Source of the DNA: Eledone cirrhosa
Taxonomy: Eukaryota
Direction: 5' to 3'
Length of the DNA stretch: 64,000 nucleotides
Assembly (NCBI GenBank): GCA_964016885.1
Contig: OZ024742.1
Span: forward strand, 195,176,001-195,240,000
Under the pieces are notes generated by a model, which saw only the letters and a list, made by a program, of their open reading frames with translations, ran no database searches and was not told the origin of the DNA. Each line of letters begins with the position of its first letter. Positions within the stretch are counted from its first letter, which is position 1. A program made the translations under genes and the position numbers. This document shows, in pieces, positions 13,042-26,808 of the stretch.

Positions 13042-13439
13042 GTGTGTGTGTGTGTGTGGTGTGTGTGTGTGTGTGGTTTTCTGTCCTTACGTGTCTACGT
13101 GCTTGCGTTTATGTCTGACAAACAGCGTCTAAATACGTTTAAATGTGTGCGTGTCTAAAGTTGAGTCTACAAATTCTGTCCATTTTGCATGTACACGTTC
13201 TGGTGTATGTGTGTGTTGTGTGTGTCTGTGTGTGTTATGTGTGTATGTGTGTATGTGCGTGCGTGATGAAGCCTTCCTGTCGGTGTGTGTGTATATGTGT
13301 GCGTGTGACCGTTGTTAGGGCGTATGTTCATGTGCGTATGTATGTGTGTGTTGTGTGAGAGTGTATGTGTGTGTGTATGTGTGCATGTGTGGGAGAGCGT
13401 TTGTATGTGAGAGTGAGTGCATGCGCGGAGAAGCGTTCG

Positions 13440-14035
13440 TGTGTGTGAGGGTATGTGTTTGTATGTGTGTGTGTGTGTATGTGTGTGCATGCGTGGGGGA
13501 ACGTTCATGTGTATGAATATGTGTGTGCGTTTGCCTGCATGGGGGGATCTTTCGTGTGTATGTGTGTGTGTGTGTGTGCGCGTGGGGGAACGTTCGTGTG
13601 GATGAATGTGTGTGCGTTTGCATGCATGGGGGGATCCTTCGTGTGTATGTGTGTGGGTGTGCGCGCTTGTGGAGGAGCGTTCGTGTGAGTGAATGTGTGT
13701 GTGTGTGGTTGCATGCGTGGGGGGGGGGTCGTTCGTGTGTGTGTATGTGTGTGCATGCATGGGGGTCGTTCGTGTGTGTGTACATGTGTGTGTACATGTG
13801 TGTGGGTCGTTCGTGTGTGTGTACATGTGTGTGCATGCATGTGGGTCGTTCGTGTGTGTGTACGTGTATGTGCATGCATGGGGGTGGTTCGTGTGTGTGT
13901 GTACATGTGTGTGCATGCATGTGGGTCGTTTGTGTGTATGTGTACATGTGTGTACATGCATGGGTGGGGGTCGTTCGTGTGTGTGTACATGTGTGTACAT
14001 GCATGTGGGTCGTTCGTGTGTGTGTACATGTGTGT
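13440..14035. repeat. GT-based minisatellite (GCATGCATG(T/G)GGGTCGTTCGTGTG units)
   Basis: Direct inspection; units of roughly 35-60 bp. Confidence 0.85.
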
Positions 14036-14169
14036 ATCAGGTCAACGTGTCATGAAGTGTGTACATAAAAGTACACACGCTGTGTTTTAATTTTAGATTT
14101 TGTCCGATCTTTACGTATGTGTCTCTATGTGTCCGAGATGCCACTTTTGTATCTATATATGTCCCTCAC

Positions 14170-14200
<31 letters not shown>

Positions 14201-14350
14201 ATAGACATGTGTGTGTGTGTGTATAGACATGTGTGTGTGTGTCCATTGCTGTATATGTATGTATGTGTTTAACTAGGTGTATCTAAGTGTATGTGTGTGT
14301 GTTCCTCTATATGTATACGCATCAAAGTGTATATATATATATATATATAT

Positions 14351-14884
14351 ATAAAATATTAAACAAATAATGAACAAACAATTCCTTATATTAAACAAAA
14401 AAAGTTCACTATTTAACGATCGTTTCTAGGGCATATATGTGTTATAATTGGTATGCATATTTAACAGATCTATGTACAAAATTATACAAAATTATACAAA
14501 TTATCAAGATTAAATATACATACCTAACTCATATATACGCCGTCTACATTATTTCTGAAGACGGCGTATATATGAGTTAGGTATGTATATTTAATCTTGA
14601 TAATTTGTATAATTTTGTATAATTTTGTACATAGATCTGTTAAATATGCATACCAATTATAACACATATATGCCCTAGAAACGATCGTTAAATAGTGAAC
14701 TTTTTTTGTTTAATATAAGGAATTGTTTGTTCATTATTTGTTTAATATTTTATCTTGACTCTGTATACCGTTTATCTTTCACCGAAAGTGGATTTTCATT
14801 ACATCTCTTCTTTCCATGATATCCGGAATACATTGAGTTCTTCATACGGATTGGACACTACCGTAAACTCTTGGTAGATTTATC

Positions 14885-14888
<4 letters not shown>
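14351..14888 (+). mobile_element. non-autonomous Penelope-like (pLTR-type) insert with a 195-bp inverted duplication
   Basis: Arms 14351-14545 and 14559-14753 are reverse complements with a 13-nt spacer. Unique 3' tail to 14888. (TA)n on both sides. Contains a hammerhead. Confidence 0.8.
14547..14697 (+). ncRNA. type I hammerhead ribozyme with extended stem II
   Basis: CATTATTT-CTGAAGA-(GGCGTATAT...GGTATGTATATTTAA...TTAAATATGCATACC...ATATATGCC)-GAAAC-GATC-GTT-AAATAGTG. The stem II junction has extra unpaired bases (C / CTA). Confidence 0.7.
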
Positions 14889-14930
<42 letters not shown>

Positions 14931-14972
14931 TGTGTGTCTAAGTGGGTGCGTGTATTGTTGAATATGTATATC

Positions 14973-15003
<31 letters not shown>

Positions 15004-15171
15004 GTGTGTGTGTGTTTGTCTGTATAATGTCATTCCTATATATAAGATTGTATATGCGTGTATACCCTGCTGTATGTATATGTCTATCTATGTACATGTG
15101 TGTCTATATATGTGTATCTGCATGTGTATTGCTGTTTGTGTGTGTATGTGTGTCCGTGTGTGTGCGTGTGA

Positions 15172-15202
<31 letters not shown>

Positions 15203-15303
15203 TGTGTATGTGTGTGTGTGTGTGTGAGTGTATGTGTGTGTGTGTGTGTATGTGTGTGTGTGTGAGTGTATGTGTGTGTGTGTGTGTGTGTAAGTGTATG
15301 TGT

Positions 15304-15389
<86 letters not shown>

Positions 15390-15403
15390 GTGTATGTGTG
15401 TGT

Positions 15404-15462
<59 letters not shown>

Positions 15463-15696
15463 GTGTGTGTGTGTAAGGCATTTGTGTTCCATCAAATATG
15501 ACATTGAACAAAACAAGTCAAAACCCTGAGATGGTGAGTGAAAGGGGGAGGAGAATGATTAAATAGAAGGGGGGAGGCAGAACAGATCGAAGATGGTGAG
15601 GGGTGGGTGGCTACGATGTTACTGAGGGAACTAGAGATGGACATGTAAACACTGTGATGACGGGGGGGGGGGGGTAGAAATGATGGTGTAATAAGT

Positions 15697-16300
15697 GTGT
15701 TGGTGGTGGAGGCGGTGGTGGCAGCGGTGGCTTTGGTGGCAGTGGTGGTGGTGGTTGTTGTGGTGGTGGCGGTGGTCGCAGTGGAGGTGGTTGTGGCGGT
15801 TGTAGTGGTGGTGGTGGTGGTGGTGGTGGTGGTGGTGGTGGTGGTTGTAGTGGTCGCAGTGGAGGTGGTTGTGGCGGTTGTGGTGGTGGTCGTGGTGGTG
15901 GTGGTGCTTGTGGTGGCAGTGGTCGCAGTGGAGGTGGTTGTGGCGGTTGTGGTGGTGGTCGTGGTGGTGGTGGTGCTTGTGATGGCAGTGGTCGCAGTGG
16001 AGGTGGTTGTGGTGCTGGTGGTGGTTGTGGTGGCGGTGGTGGCAGTGGAGGTGGTTGTGGCGGTTGTGGTGGTGGTGGTGCTGGTGGTGGTTGTGGTGGC
16101 GGTGGTGGCAGTGGAGGTGGTTGTGGCGGTTGTGGTGGTGGTGGTGGTTGTGGTGGCGGTTGTGGCGGTGGTGGTGGTGGTAGTGGTTGTGGTGGTGTTA
16201 GCGGTTATGGTGCTGGTAGTGCTGGTCCTGGCGGCAGCGGTGGTGGTGGTGGTGGTGGTGGTGGTGATAGTGCTGCTGCTGCTGCTGCTGGCAGCAGCGG
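15697..16300. repeat. (GTG)n-derived compound minisatellite
   Basis: Direct inspection; the poly-Val ORF is an artefact. Confidence 0.9.
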
Positions 16301-16554
16301 GTTTGCTTAGTCCCGCGTCGGCCTCTGATCGGCAGGCCTACGTTCAAAGACATTCCAGCCGTGACCATCTGATTTATTTCTATAATATTCTTGTTTCTAT
16401 GACTATACCATCATTCCTATGTATAGAATGTGTGGTATTTGGCTGTTAGTTCTAACAGAACAAATGACAAAATAAAGAACACCCCCAGTAACTCGTATTG
16501 TTGCTATTGATGTTGTTGTTGTTGCTGGTGGTAAGCCCTAAATCATAGGGAATG

Positions 16555-16765
16555 TGAATTAGCAGAATCATTAGAGAATCAGACCAAATCCTTTACAGTA
16601 TTAGTTTCGGCCTTTTATGTTCTTAGTTCAAATCCTGCTGAGGTCAACTTTACTTTTATCCTTCAGGGGCTGATAAAATAAAGTACCTGTCAAGTAAAGG
16701 GGTCGATATAATCGATTTACCTCTCCCAAAATATATTGGCTTAGGGCCTGAATTAAAACTACTGT
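16555..16765 (+). mobile_element. decayed tRNA-derived SINE (Meta-domain-like)
   Basis: AGTTCAAATCCTGCTGAGGTCAACTTTACTTTTATCCTTCAGGGGCTGATAAAATAAAGTACC. Confidence 0.75.
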
Positions 16766-17105
16766 TAGGCCCTAGATCAATACTGATTGAACATGTATAT
16801 TTCCTATATACACCAATTTCCAAAATGTCATGTTAGAGTAGGATGTGGAATGAGGGATATTGGTTGCTATTTTGGGATGGTCGTAGAGGTGATGATACTG
16901 GTGATGTTGATAGTTATGGTGGAAGAGTGGTATTAATAATGGGGGGGGGGGGAGATAGAGATATATACATTCAAACAGACAGACAGACAGACAGACAATA
17001 GTAGACAGTAGAGAGATAGAGAGATAAACAGCCAGACATATAGTTAGATAGATATAGATAGGCAGATAGATTTATAGATAGATAGATAGATTTATAGATA
17101 GATAA

Positions 17106-17161
<56 letters not shown>

Positions 17162-17599
17162 TAAGTTGGATGGATGGACAGTCGGACATATAGCTAGAAT
17201 AAAGGCGAAATAAAGGAAAAGAGGGATGTAGGGAAGAAATGAGAAAACGAATTTGAAAAAGAAGAGCGGGAAATATGTGTGGAGATAGGGGGAGAGTGAG
17301 GGGCAAGAAAGTGAGGAAGAAATGGTGATGGGTATAAGAGAGGGAGATGGGAAAACATTGAAAAAGAAGGGCTGGTAGCTGTGGTATGGTGAGGGGGGAG
17401 AGAGAGAGGCAAGAAAGTGAGGAAGAAATGGTGATGGGTATAAGAGAGGGAGATGGGAAAACATTGAAAAAGAAGGGTTGGTAGGTATGAGTGTGGTGAG
17501 GGGAGAGAGGAAGGGGGGCAAGAAAGTAAGGATGAAGGAGTGATAGATGTGAGGGGGTGAAAGGTTTGGAAAAATGTACTTGGGAAATAAATAAAATTA

Positions 17600-20500
17600 G
17601 ATAAGAAGAGGAAGAAATAGAGAGCGAATAGGAAGAAATAGAGAGTGAATAGGAAGAAATAGAGAGTGAATAGGAAGAAATAGAGAGTGAATAGGAAGGA
17701 ATAGAGAGTGAATATGAAAAATAAAGAGTGAATAGGAAGGAATGGAGAGTGAATAGGAAAGAATGGAGAGTGAATAGGAAGAAATGGAGAGTGAATAGGA
17801 AGGAATGGAGAGTGAATAGGAAGAAATAGAGAGTGAATATGAAGGAATGGAGAGTGAATAGGAAGAAATGAAGAGTGAATAGGAAGGAATGGAGAGTGAA
17901 TAGGAAGGAATAGAGAGTGAATAGGAAGAAATAGAGAGTGAATAGGAAGGAATGGAGAATGAATAGGAAGGAATAGAGAGTGCATAGGAAGGAATGGAGA
18001 GTGAATAGGAAGAAATGGAGAGTGAATAGGAAGGAATAGAGAGTGAATAGGAAGGAATGGAGAGTGAATAGGAAGGAATGGAGAGTGCATAGGAAGGAAT
18101 GGAGAGTGAATAGGGAGGAATAGAGATTTAATATTAAGAGATGGAGAGTGAATAAGAAGAAATAGAGAGTGAATAGGAAGGAATAGAGAGTGAATAGGAA
18201 GAAATAGAGAGTGAATAGGAAGGAATGGAGAGTGAATAGGAAGGAATGGAGAGTGAATAGGAAGGAATGGAGAGTGAATAGGAAGAAATGGAGAGTGAAT
18301 AGGAAGGAATAGAGAGTGAATAGGAAGGAATGGAGAGTGAATAGGAAGGAATGGAGAGTGCATAGGAAGGAATGGAGAGTGAATAGGGAGGAATAGAGAT
18401 TTAATATTAAGAAATGGAGAGTGAATAAGAAGAAATAGAGAGTGAATATGAAAAATAAAGAGTGAATAGGAAGGAATGGAGAGTGAATAGGAAGGAATGG
18501 AGAGTGAATAGGAAGAAATAGAGAGTGAATATGAAGGAATGGAGAGTGAATAGGAAGAAATGGAGAGTGAATAGGAAGGAATGGAGAGTGAATAGGAAGG
18601 AATAGAGAGTGAATAGGAAGAAATAGAGAGTGAATAGGAAGGAATGGAGAGTGGATAGGAAGGAATGGAGAGTGCATAGGAAGGAATGGAGAGTTAATAG
18701 GAAGATATGGAGAGTGAAAAGGAAGGAATAGAGAGTGAATAGGAAGGAATGGAGAGTGAATAGGAAGGAATGGAGAGTGCATAGGAAGGAATGGAGAGTG
18801 AATAGGGAGGAATAGAGATTTAATATTAAGAAATGGAGAGTGAATAAGAAGAAATAGAGAGTGAATAGGAAGGAATAGAGAGTGAATAGGAAGAAATAGA
18901 GAGTGAATAGGAAGGAATGGAGAGTGAATAGGAAGAAATGGAGAGTGAATAGGAAGGAATAGAGAGTGAATAGGAAGAAATAGAGAGTGAATAGGAAGGA
19001 ATGGAGAGTGAATAGGAAGGAATGGAGAGTGCATGGGAAGGAATGGAGAGTGAATAGGGAGGAATAGAGAGTTAATAGGAAGAAATAGAGAGTGAATAGG
19101 AAGGAATGGAGAGTGAATAGGAAGGAATGGAGAGTGAATAGGAAGGAAGGGAGAGTGAATAGGAAGGAATAGAGAGTGAATAGGAAGAAATAGAGAGTGA
19201 ATAGGAAAGAATAGAGAGCGAATAGGAAGAAATAGGGAGTGAATAGGAAGGAATAGAGAGTGAATAGGAAGAAATAGAGAGTGAATAGGTAGGAATAGAG
19301 AGTGAATAGGAAGGAATAGAGAAGTGAATAGGAAAGAATAGAGAGTGAATAGGAAGAAATAGAGAGTGAATAGGAAGAAATAGAGAGTGAATAGGAAGGA
19401 ATGGAGAGTGAATAGGAAAGAATAGAGAGTGAATAGGAAGAAATAGGGAGTGAATAGGAAGGAATAGAGAGTGAATAAGAAGAAATAGAGAGTGAATAAG
19501 AAGGAATAGAGAGGGAATAGGAAGGAATAGAGAAGTAAATAGGAAAGAATAGAGAGTGAATAGGAAGAAATAGAGAGTGAATAGGAAGAAATAGAGAGTG
19601 AATAGGAAGGAATGGAGAGTGAATAGGAAGGAATAGAGAGTGAATAGGAATAAATAGAGAGTGAATAAGAAGGAATAGAGAGTGAATAGGAAGGAATAGT
19701 GAAGTGAATAGGAAAGAATAGAGAGTCAATAGAAAGAAATAGAGAGTGAATAGGAAGAAATAGAGAGTGAATAGGAAGGAATGGAGAGTGAATAGGAAGG
19801 AATGGAGAGTGAATAGGGAGGAATAGAGAGTGAATAGGAAGAAATAGAGAGTGAATAGGAAGGAATGGAGAGTGAATAGGAAGAAATAGAGAGTGAAAAG
19901 GAAGAAATAGAGAGTGAATAGGAAGGATTGGAGAGTGAATAGGAAGGAATGGAGAGTGAATAGGGAGGAATAGAGAGTGAATAGGAAGGAATAGAGAGTG
20001 AATATGAAAAATAAAGAGTGAATAGGAAGGAATGGAGAGTGAATAGGAAGGAATGGAAAGTGAATAAGAAAGAATAGAGAGTGAATGGGAAGAAATAGGG
20101 AGTGAATAGGAAGGAATAGAGAGTGAATAGGTAGAAATAGAGAGTGAATAGGTAGGAATAGAGAGTGAATAGGAAGGAATAGAGAAGTAAATAGGAAAGA
20201 ATAGAGAGTGAATAGGAAGAAATAGAGAGTGAATAGGAAGAAATAGAGAGTGAATAGGAAGGAATGTAGAGTGAATAGGAAGAAATAGAGAGTGAATAGG
20301 AAGAAATAGAGAGTGAAAAGGAAAGGACAGAGAGTGAATAGGAAGGAATAGAGAGTGAATAGGAAGAAATAGAGAGTGAATAGGAAGGAATGGAGAGTGA
20401 ATGGGAAGGAATAGAGAGTGAATAGGAAGAAATAGAGAGTGAATAGGAAAGAATAGAGAGTGAATAGGAAGAAATAGGGAGTGAATAGGTAGGAATAGAG

Positions 20501-21540
20501 AGGGAATAGGAAGGAATAGAGAAGTAAATAGGAAAGAATAGAGAGTGAATAGGAAGGAATGGAGAGTGAATAGGAAGAAAGGGTGAGTGAGTAGGAAGGA
20601 ATAGAGAGTGAATAGGAAGGAATGGAGAGTGAATAGGAAAGAATAGAGAGTGAATAGGAAGAAATAGGGAGTGAATAGGTAGGAATAGAGAGTGAATAGG
20701 AAGGAATAGAGAGTGAATAGGAAGAAATAGAGAGTGAATAGGAAGGAATGGAGAGTGAATGGGAAGGAATAGAGAGTGAATAGGAAGAAATAGAGAGTGA
20801 ATAGGAAAGAATAGAGAGTGAATAGGAAGAAATAGGGAGTGAATAGGTAGGAATAGAGAGTGAATAGGAAGGAATAGAGAAGTAAATAGGAAAGAATAGA
20901 GAGTGAATAGGAAGGAATGGAGAGTGAATAGGAAGAAAGGGTGAGTGAGTAGGAAGGAATAGAGAGTGAATAGGAAGAAATAGAGAGTGAATAGGAAAGA
21001 ATAGAGAGTGAATATGAAGAAATAGGGAGTGAATAGGAAGGAATAGAGAGTGAATAGGAAGAAATAGAGAGTGAATAGGTAGGAATAGAGAGGGAATAGG
21101 AACGAATAGAGAAGTGAATAGGAAAGAATAGAGAGTGAATAGGAAGAAATAGAGAATGAATAGGAAGAAATAGAGAGTGAATAGGAAGGAATGGAGAGTG
21201 AATAGGAATAAATAGAGAGTGAATAGGAAAGAATAGAGAGTGAATAGGAAGAAATAGGGAGTGAATAGGAAGGAACAGAGAGTGAATAGGAAGAAATAGA
21301 GAGTGAATAAGAAGGAATAGAGAGTGAATAGGAAGGAATAGAGAAGTGAATAGGAAAGAATAGAGCGTGAATAGGAAGAAATAGAGAGTCAATAGGAAGG
21401 AATAGAGAGTGAATAGGAAGGAATAGAGAGTCAATAGGAATAAATAGAGAGTGAATAGGAAGGAATAAATAGTGAATAGGAAGAAATAGAGAGTGAATAG
21501 GAAAGAATAGAGAGTGAATAGGAATAAATAGAGAATATGG
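17600..21540. repeat. ~3.9-kb purine-rich 21-bp minisatellite (AGAGAGTGAATAGGAAGGAAT)
   Basis: Direct inspection; it generates the spurious 1487-aa minus-strand ORF. Confidence 0.97.
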
Positions 21541-22091
21541 AGGTGGGAAGAGTAAGATGGATGAGGATTATGAGGAGGAAGTGGGGAAGGTGAGGAGGAT
21601 GAAGGGGAGAAAGGGGGAAGGTGTGAGAAAGGGAGGGGAGAGGAGGGGAAGATGAGGGGGGAGGAGGAGCAAGATGAGGAGAGATGTGAGAAAGTAAGAG
21701 AAGGAGAGTGGAGCCAATGGAAAAGAAAAAGAGTGCATGAAGAGAGAGTAAGTGATAGAAAGTGTGAGAGGGGGGCGAGAGAGTGAACGTGTGAAAGAGA
21801 GTGAAAGTGAGAAAGTGTGAGGCGTGAGGGAGAGAAAATGTGAGAGGCGGTGAGAGAGTGAAAGTGTAAAAGTGAGTCAAAGAGAGAACGTCTGGGGGTG
21901 AGAGAGGGAAAGTGTAAAGAGAGTGAACGAGAGAAAGTGTAAGAGAGGGCGAAACAAATCTGATAAAGTGGGTGAGATTTAGGAAGAAAAGAAAGAGTGA
22001 CAGGTTTAGAGAAACGAGAGGGGGAGAAGCGGAGACATTTTAGAACTTAATGTATGAGAGCGTAGTGGGAACGAATTCAATTACGGCACCT

Positions 22092-22280
22092 GCAAGTCGC
22101 GGTCCAGCGGTTCGATCCCATTGCGTGACATCTTGAGCAAGTCGTGGTTAAGAGGTTCAATCCCATTGCGTGACATCTTGAGCAAGTCGTGGTTAAGAGG
22201 TTCAATCCCATTGCGTGACATCTTGAGCAAGTCGTGGTTAAGAAGTTCGATCCCACTCTGTGACATCTTGAGCAAGTCGT
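22092..22280 (+). repeat. 45-bp tandem repeat (about 4.2 copies) derived from a SINE tRNA head
   Basis: GCAAGTCGTGGTTAAGAGGTTCAATCCCATTGCGTGACATCTTGA units at 22092, 22137, 22182, 22227, partial at 22272. Confidence 0.9.
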
Positions 22281-23196
22281 AGTTGGGAAATAAAGTGTTT
22301 TGTTACCGATTGATCACTCTCAATGCTCATCAAACCGGCCTTCAAAAGCTAACGCATCACAAAACCCTGATTTCCTAAAGTATGTTTGTCAAAAGCCCGA
22401 TTAATATATTGAAAATCTCGGTAACATTTTGCTGAGCTTCATGCAATATTTCATGTTGACATATTGTTCGAATCTTTCATCTATCGTAAAAATCACAGAG
22501 CTGTTGTAATAATTGGACACAAAATGCAATGGACCTCCGTTAGTTTCGACGATGAGCGATTCAGTTGTTCGATCAACGGAACAGCCTGCTCATGAACAAA
22601 AGGTGTAAGCGGCTGAGCATTCTACAGACACGGTTATCATTAATTTAATTCTCAGGGAGATTCAGTGTATCTCAGTGTGTGACAAAGCTGGCTCTTTGTA
22701 TTACAGCTACAGTCCATCGGATGGGTTTCCAAATAGTTTGTATCTACACAATTTCCCTCATAAAGCATGGGTTGACCCGAACCTTTGACAAATGGCACTT
22801 ACGAAGAAAAGCTACGCAGTAGTATTGAACCTGAGAGCTAATAATTGCAAGGCGAACTCCTAACCATTCGGTCATGCTGCTCCAACTTCTTAAACACGAG
22901 TAGAAAGCATAAAGCTTATTTCTCGACTCACTCAGTAAGCTGATTACGAAAAATGTCCAGGTGTGCACCCATTTTTTGTTAAGCAGTGTAATCACGGCAC
23001 ATACAAACCAGAAACTGTATTATAAAAAATGTTTACATGCCACGGGCTTTGGTGTAGTCTCTGTCTACCAAATTATAGTCTTAGGAAATTGCTCATTTCG
23101 AGGCAATGATAAAAGACATATGCTATAGAATGGGATCTAACTCTGAAGCACATGTTTTCGAAGCAAACTACTTAAACATACATCTAAGCCAACACT

Positions 23197-23276
<80 letters not shown>

Positions 23277-23337
23277 CATATGCATACATTCATACTTATA
23301 TATACATACATACATATATATACATGTATAGATATCT

Positions 23338-23423
<86 letters not shown>

Positions 23424-24861
23424 ACATATATACATATACACACACATACACAGACACACTTAATTATATGTATATGTGTATGGTTGTGGTTGTGTGTGTG
23501 TGGAGGGTGAGAGTTAGTGACAGATACGATAAAGGTAATGGACAAAAACGCCAATGCCTTGCGGCATTTAATTACATTGGGTTCAATTTCTGTCGGGGAA
23601 TGGCGGGATGTGGTCGATAAAATAATTATGTACTGGGGATGATCTAATCGATTCGTTTGCGACCACATATTGTGTGAATGCTATATAAATCCTTCTTTAT
23701 TTATACATCGAGTTTTCAATGCTACTAATTTCCCCCTCCAGATATCTCCAACTGTACCGACAGTTTTACTCAAGTGTAATCCATATATTCTTACAGTAAT
23801 AATGTCCATAGGTTTGCCGCCATGTTGTCTTGCCTGCTTTTGAATCATTCCATATGAACATTTCCTTCATATTTCACAAACTCACTGAGATGTACCGAAG
23901 AAAAATCGCCATATTGATTCAGAAATACACGAACATAATATGTTTTGGTTTGTTTATAATCTTGTTGCTTTTTATTGCTGTTCTATTTTTTGTAGGAGGT
24001 TTTTCTATGTGTAGACACAGGCATGGCGATGTGGTTAAGGTGTTCTCTTCAAAACCACGTACATTCAGATTTAGTCTAACAATGTGGCATCTTCGGCAAA
24101 TGTCTTTTGCTATAACATCGGATTGAGCAATGCCTTTTGGCGTTGAGGGAAATTTAAAAGTGGGAAAGTGTGTAAAAGTGTTTTCGTTTATTGTAGAATT
24201 GTGTTTACCTTTACCGTAGAAGTCTATTTACTGTATATATCCTGTCACCTAGCGGCTCGACAAAAAAGTCAATAAAATATGTACAAGAGTCGAAAAATAA
24301 AATAAGTACTGAGGTCACTATGATTGACTAAATCAAGGCGATACTTCAGTATGGCCGTACTATAACATATAAAACCAGTAAAACAATAACACTTTATGTA
24401 TTCATTAACGTAATGGACACCCTCCAGTTCCCGTCCACCAAATTCCTCTCACAAGTCATTGGTCACCTCGGAACTACTGTAGAAGTCTTTACCCAAGGTA
24501 CCACACAGTGGAATTGAACCCCAAACTACACGACCATCTCTACGTCTGTTTCTACAGACATTTTAGTTTGACTGGGATTTATATGTTGCTCTCGAGCACC
24601 TCAATCGTCACCACCGCAAACAACACCCTCAATAACATCACCAATACAACAACGACCTAGACCATTACCACCACCACCACAACAACATTCAACACCACCA
24701 ACACCATCGCTACACTAATAAATTATTCCTACATATTCCATTATCTCAATGAATTACACAGTTCAAACATACAACAGTAATGTCCAGCAGCGAAGTAATG
24801 TAATTCCAGCAATCACCCCTCTCTTTCTCTCTCTCTCTCTCTCTACATATATATATATATA

Positions 24862-24902
<41 letters not shown>

Positions 24903-24988
24903 ACATAGGTGGGCGCATATGCATGCATTTATACACACAGACACACACACACATATATATATATACACCTATATCTACATATACATAC

Positions 24989-25091
<103 letters not shown>

Positions 25092-25120
25092 AACTTACAC
25101 CTATCTCTACATACACATAC

Positions 25121-25162
<42 letters not shown>

Positions 25163-25317
25163 ATACACCTATCTCTACATACATATTAATATATATATAT
25201 ATATATATAACTGAAAGAACTAGCAACACAAATATGAATTTCTTTTTCCGGTCTGTATTCTAACAAAAAATCATTTATAATTAGCTTTACAGTTTAAAGC
25301 AAATATATACGACTGAA

Positions 25318-25885
25318 TTCTAATTTAGGCACAAGGCCAGCAATTCAGGAGAAGGACAAAGTTGAATAGATCGACCCCCACTGCGTTACTGGTACTTTAT
25401 TTTATCGACTCCGGAAGAATGGAAACGTAAAGAGCTGTACCTCTGTGCCGCAAAACATGTTATTCGATGCTCTACTGGTATTGCCAATCCACAGCTCTTA
25501 ATAATAATAATTGTTTCTACTTTTGGCACAAGGCCAGCAATTATCGACCCTATAAGGATGAAAGGCAAAGCTTAACCTCGGTGGGATTTGAACTCAGAAC
25601 TTAAAGAGTTGTTACTCTATGCTGCAAAACAAGTTGTCCAACGCTCTACCGATCCTGTCAATCCACCAATATGAAATGTCGTAAAGCATTTAATCCGACA
25701 CTCTAACAACTTTCAATTCATTGCCCTTATAGAAAGTGTTCGTAATTTAAGTACAATGCCAGCAATTTGTGGGAAGGGGCAAATCGATTATATCGATTTC
25801 TGTACTTGATTGGTACTCTATTTTATCGACCCTCAGAAGGATAAAACGCAGAACTGACCTGGGCGGGATTTGTACACAGAACGTG
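25318..25885 (-). mobile_element. tandem cluster of decayed tRNA-derived SINEs
   Basis: Same motifs as the 5179-6092 cluster, starting near 25320, 25510 and 25745. Confidence 0.8.
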
Positions 25886-26289
25886 CAAAGCAACAAAGCC
25901 AGTCCAAAATAGAAAGAATTGCCTCAATAGTTAAAGCTGTGAACTAAAGAAGACTATCCTTAATTCTCGTCATCCTATTTGGATCCAATTTGATTATAAA
26001 TATCTGAAATACTATCACTCCTCACTTTACGACAATCTCGTTTAACGGTCGCTGACACGACTGGGATTTTCTTTTTTCCTACACATATTTATGTTATGTA
26101 CTCGTATAAGCGCCTGAAGATAGGTCATAATTTTGTTCCATGTATGAACATAATATATTTGTTCCTCTCTTCCCGATCGGGCAATGTTTTCTTTTTTCGA
26201 GCGGTAACAAGATTTAATAATGTTCGTGGTGACTGCTGTAGGTTCGTCTTTTTAAAGTGATGCCTGTTAACTTATTGTTGAACTTCTAT

Positions 26290-26808
26290 CGGTTCCAATT
26301 ATAAGTGTTCCAGTTCTTTGATCACTGGAACAGTCTGCTCATCAAATTAACAGACTGAGTAACCCACAGATAATCACGTATCACTTTAACGCAATTCTCA
26401 AGGAGATTCAGCGTATCAGCGTGTGTAATAAAGCTTTGAATTAAAGGTACAATTCATTTTTGCCAGCTGAGTGTACAGGACAGATTTTATGGACAAAACC
26501 AACCGACAGGAGACCCAGAGGGGCGACAACGAGCAGGAAGGTTGGATAACATGAGCTCGGTTGATCTCGCTTGCGGATCTAGCCAGACCAATTAGAGACA
26601 GTTGCTTCAGACTGGATCCGCAGGAAGGCTTGCTTAAGGACTCTGTCCCTACGACCTTCCCAGGAATAGGTGGGCAGAGAAGAAGAGTGTACTGGAATAA
26701 CGTGAAATAAAATATCTTGCTCAAGGACATAAAGTGACACCGGAAATCGAATTCACGACCTTACAACCATGAGCCCAACTACCTAATCCCTAAGCCACGC
26801 GCCTTAAC
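26290..26808 (-). mobile_element. tRNA-derived SINE interrupted by an unrelated insert at about 26480-26685
   Basis: Minus-strand head AAGGCGCGTGGCTTAG...GTGAATTCGATTTCC at 26808-26740; tail at 26290-26475. Confidence 0.65.

Noticed and set aside
16971-21434. 1487-aa ORF and overlapping long ORFs
   Set aside because: Translation of a 21-bp minisatellite lacking stops in some frames.
22092-22280. CRISPR-like array or tRNA genes
   Set aside because: No unique spacers and no cloverleaf; a eukaryotic SINE-head tandem repeat.
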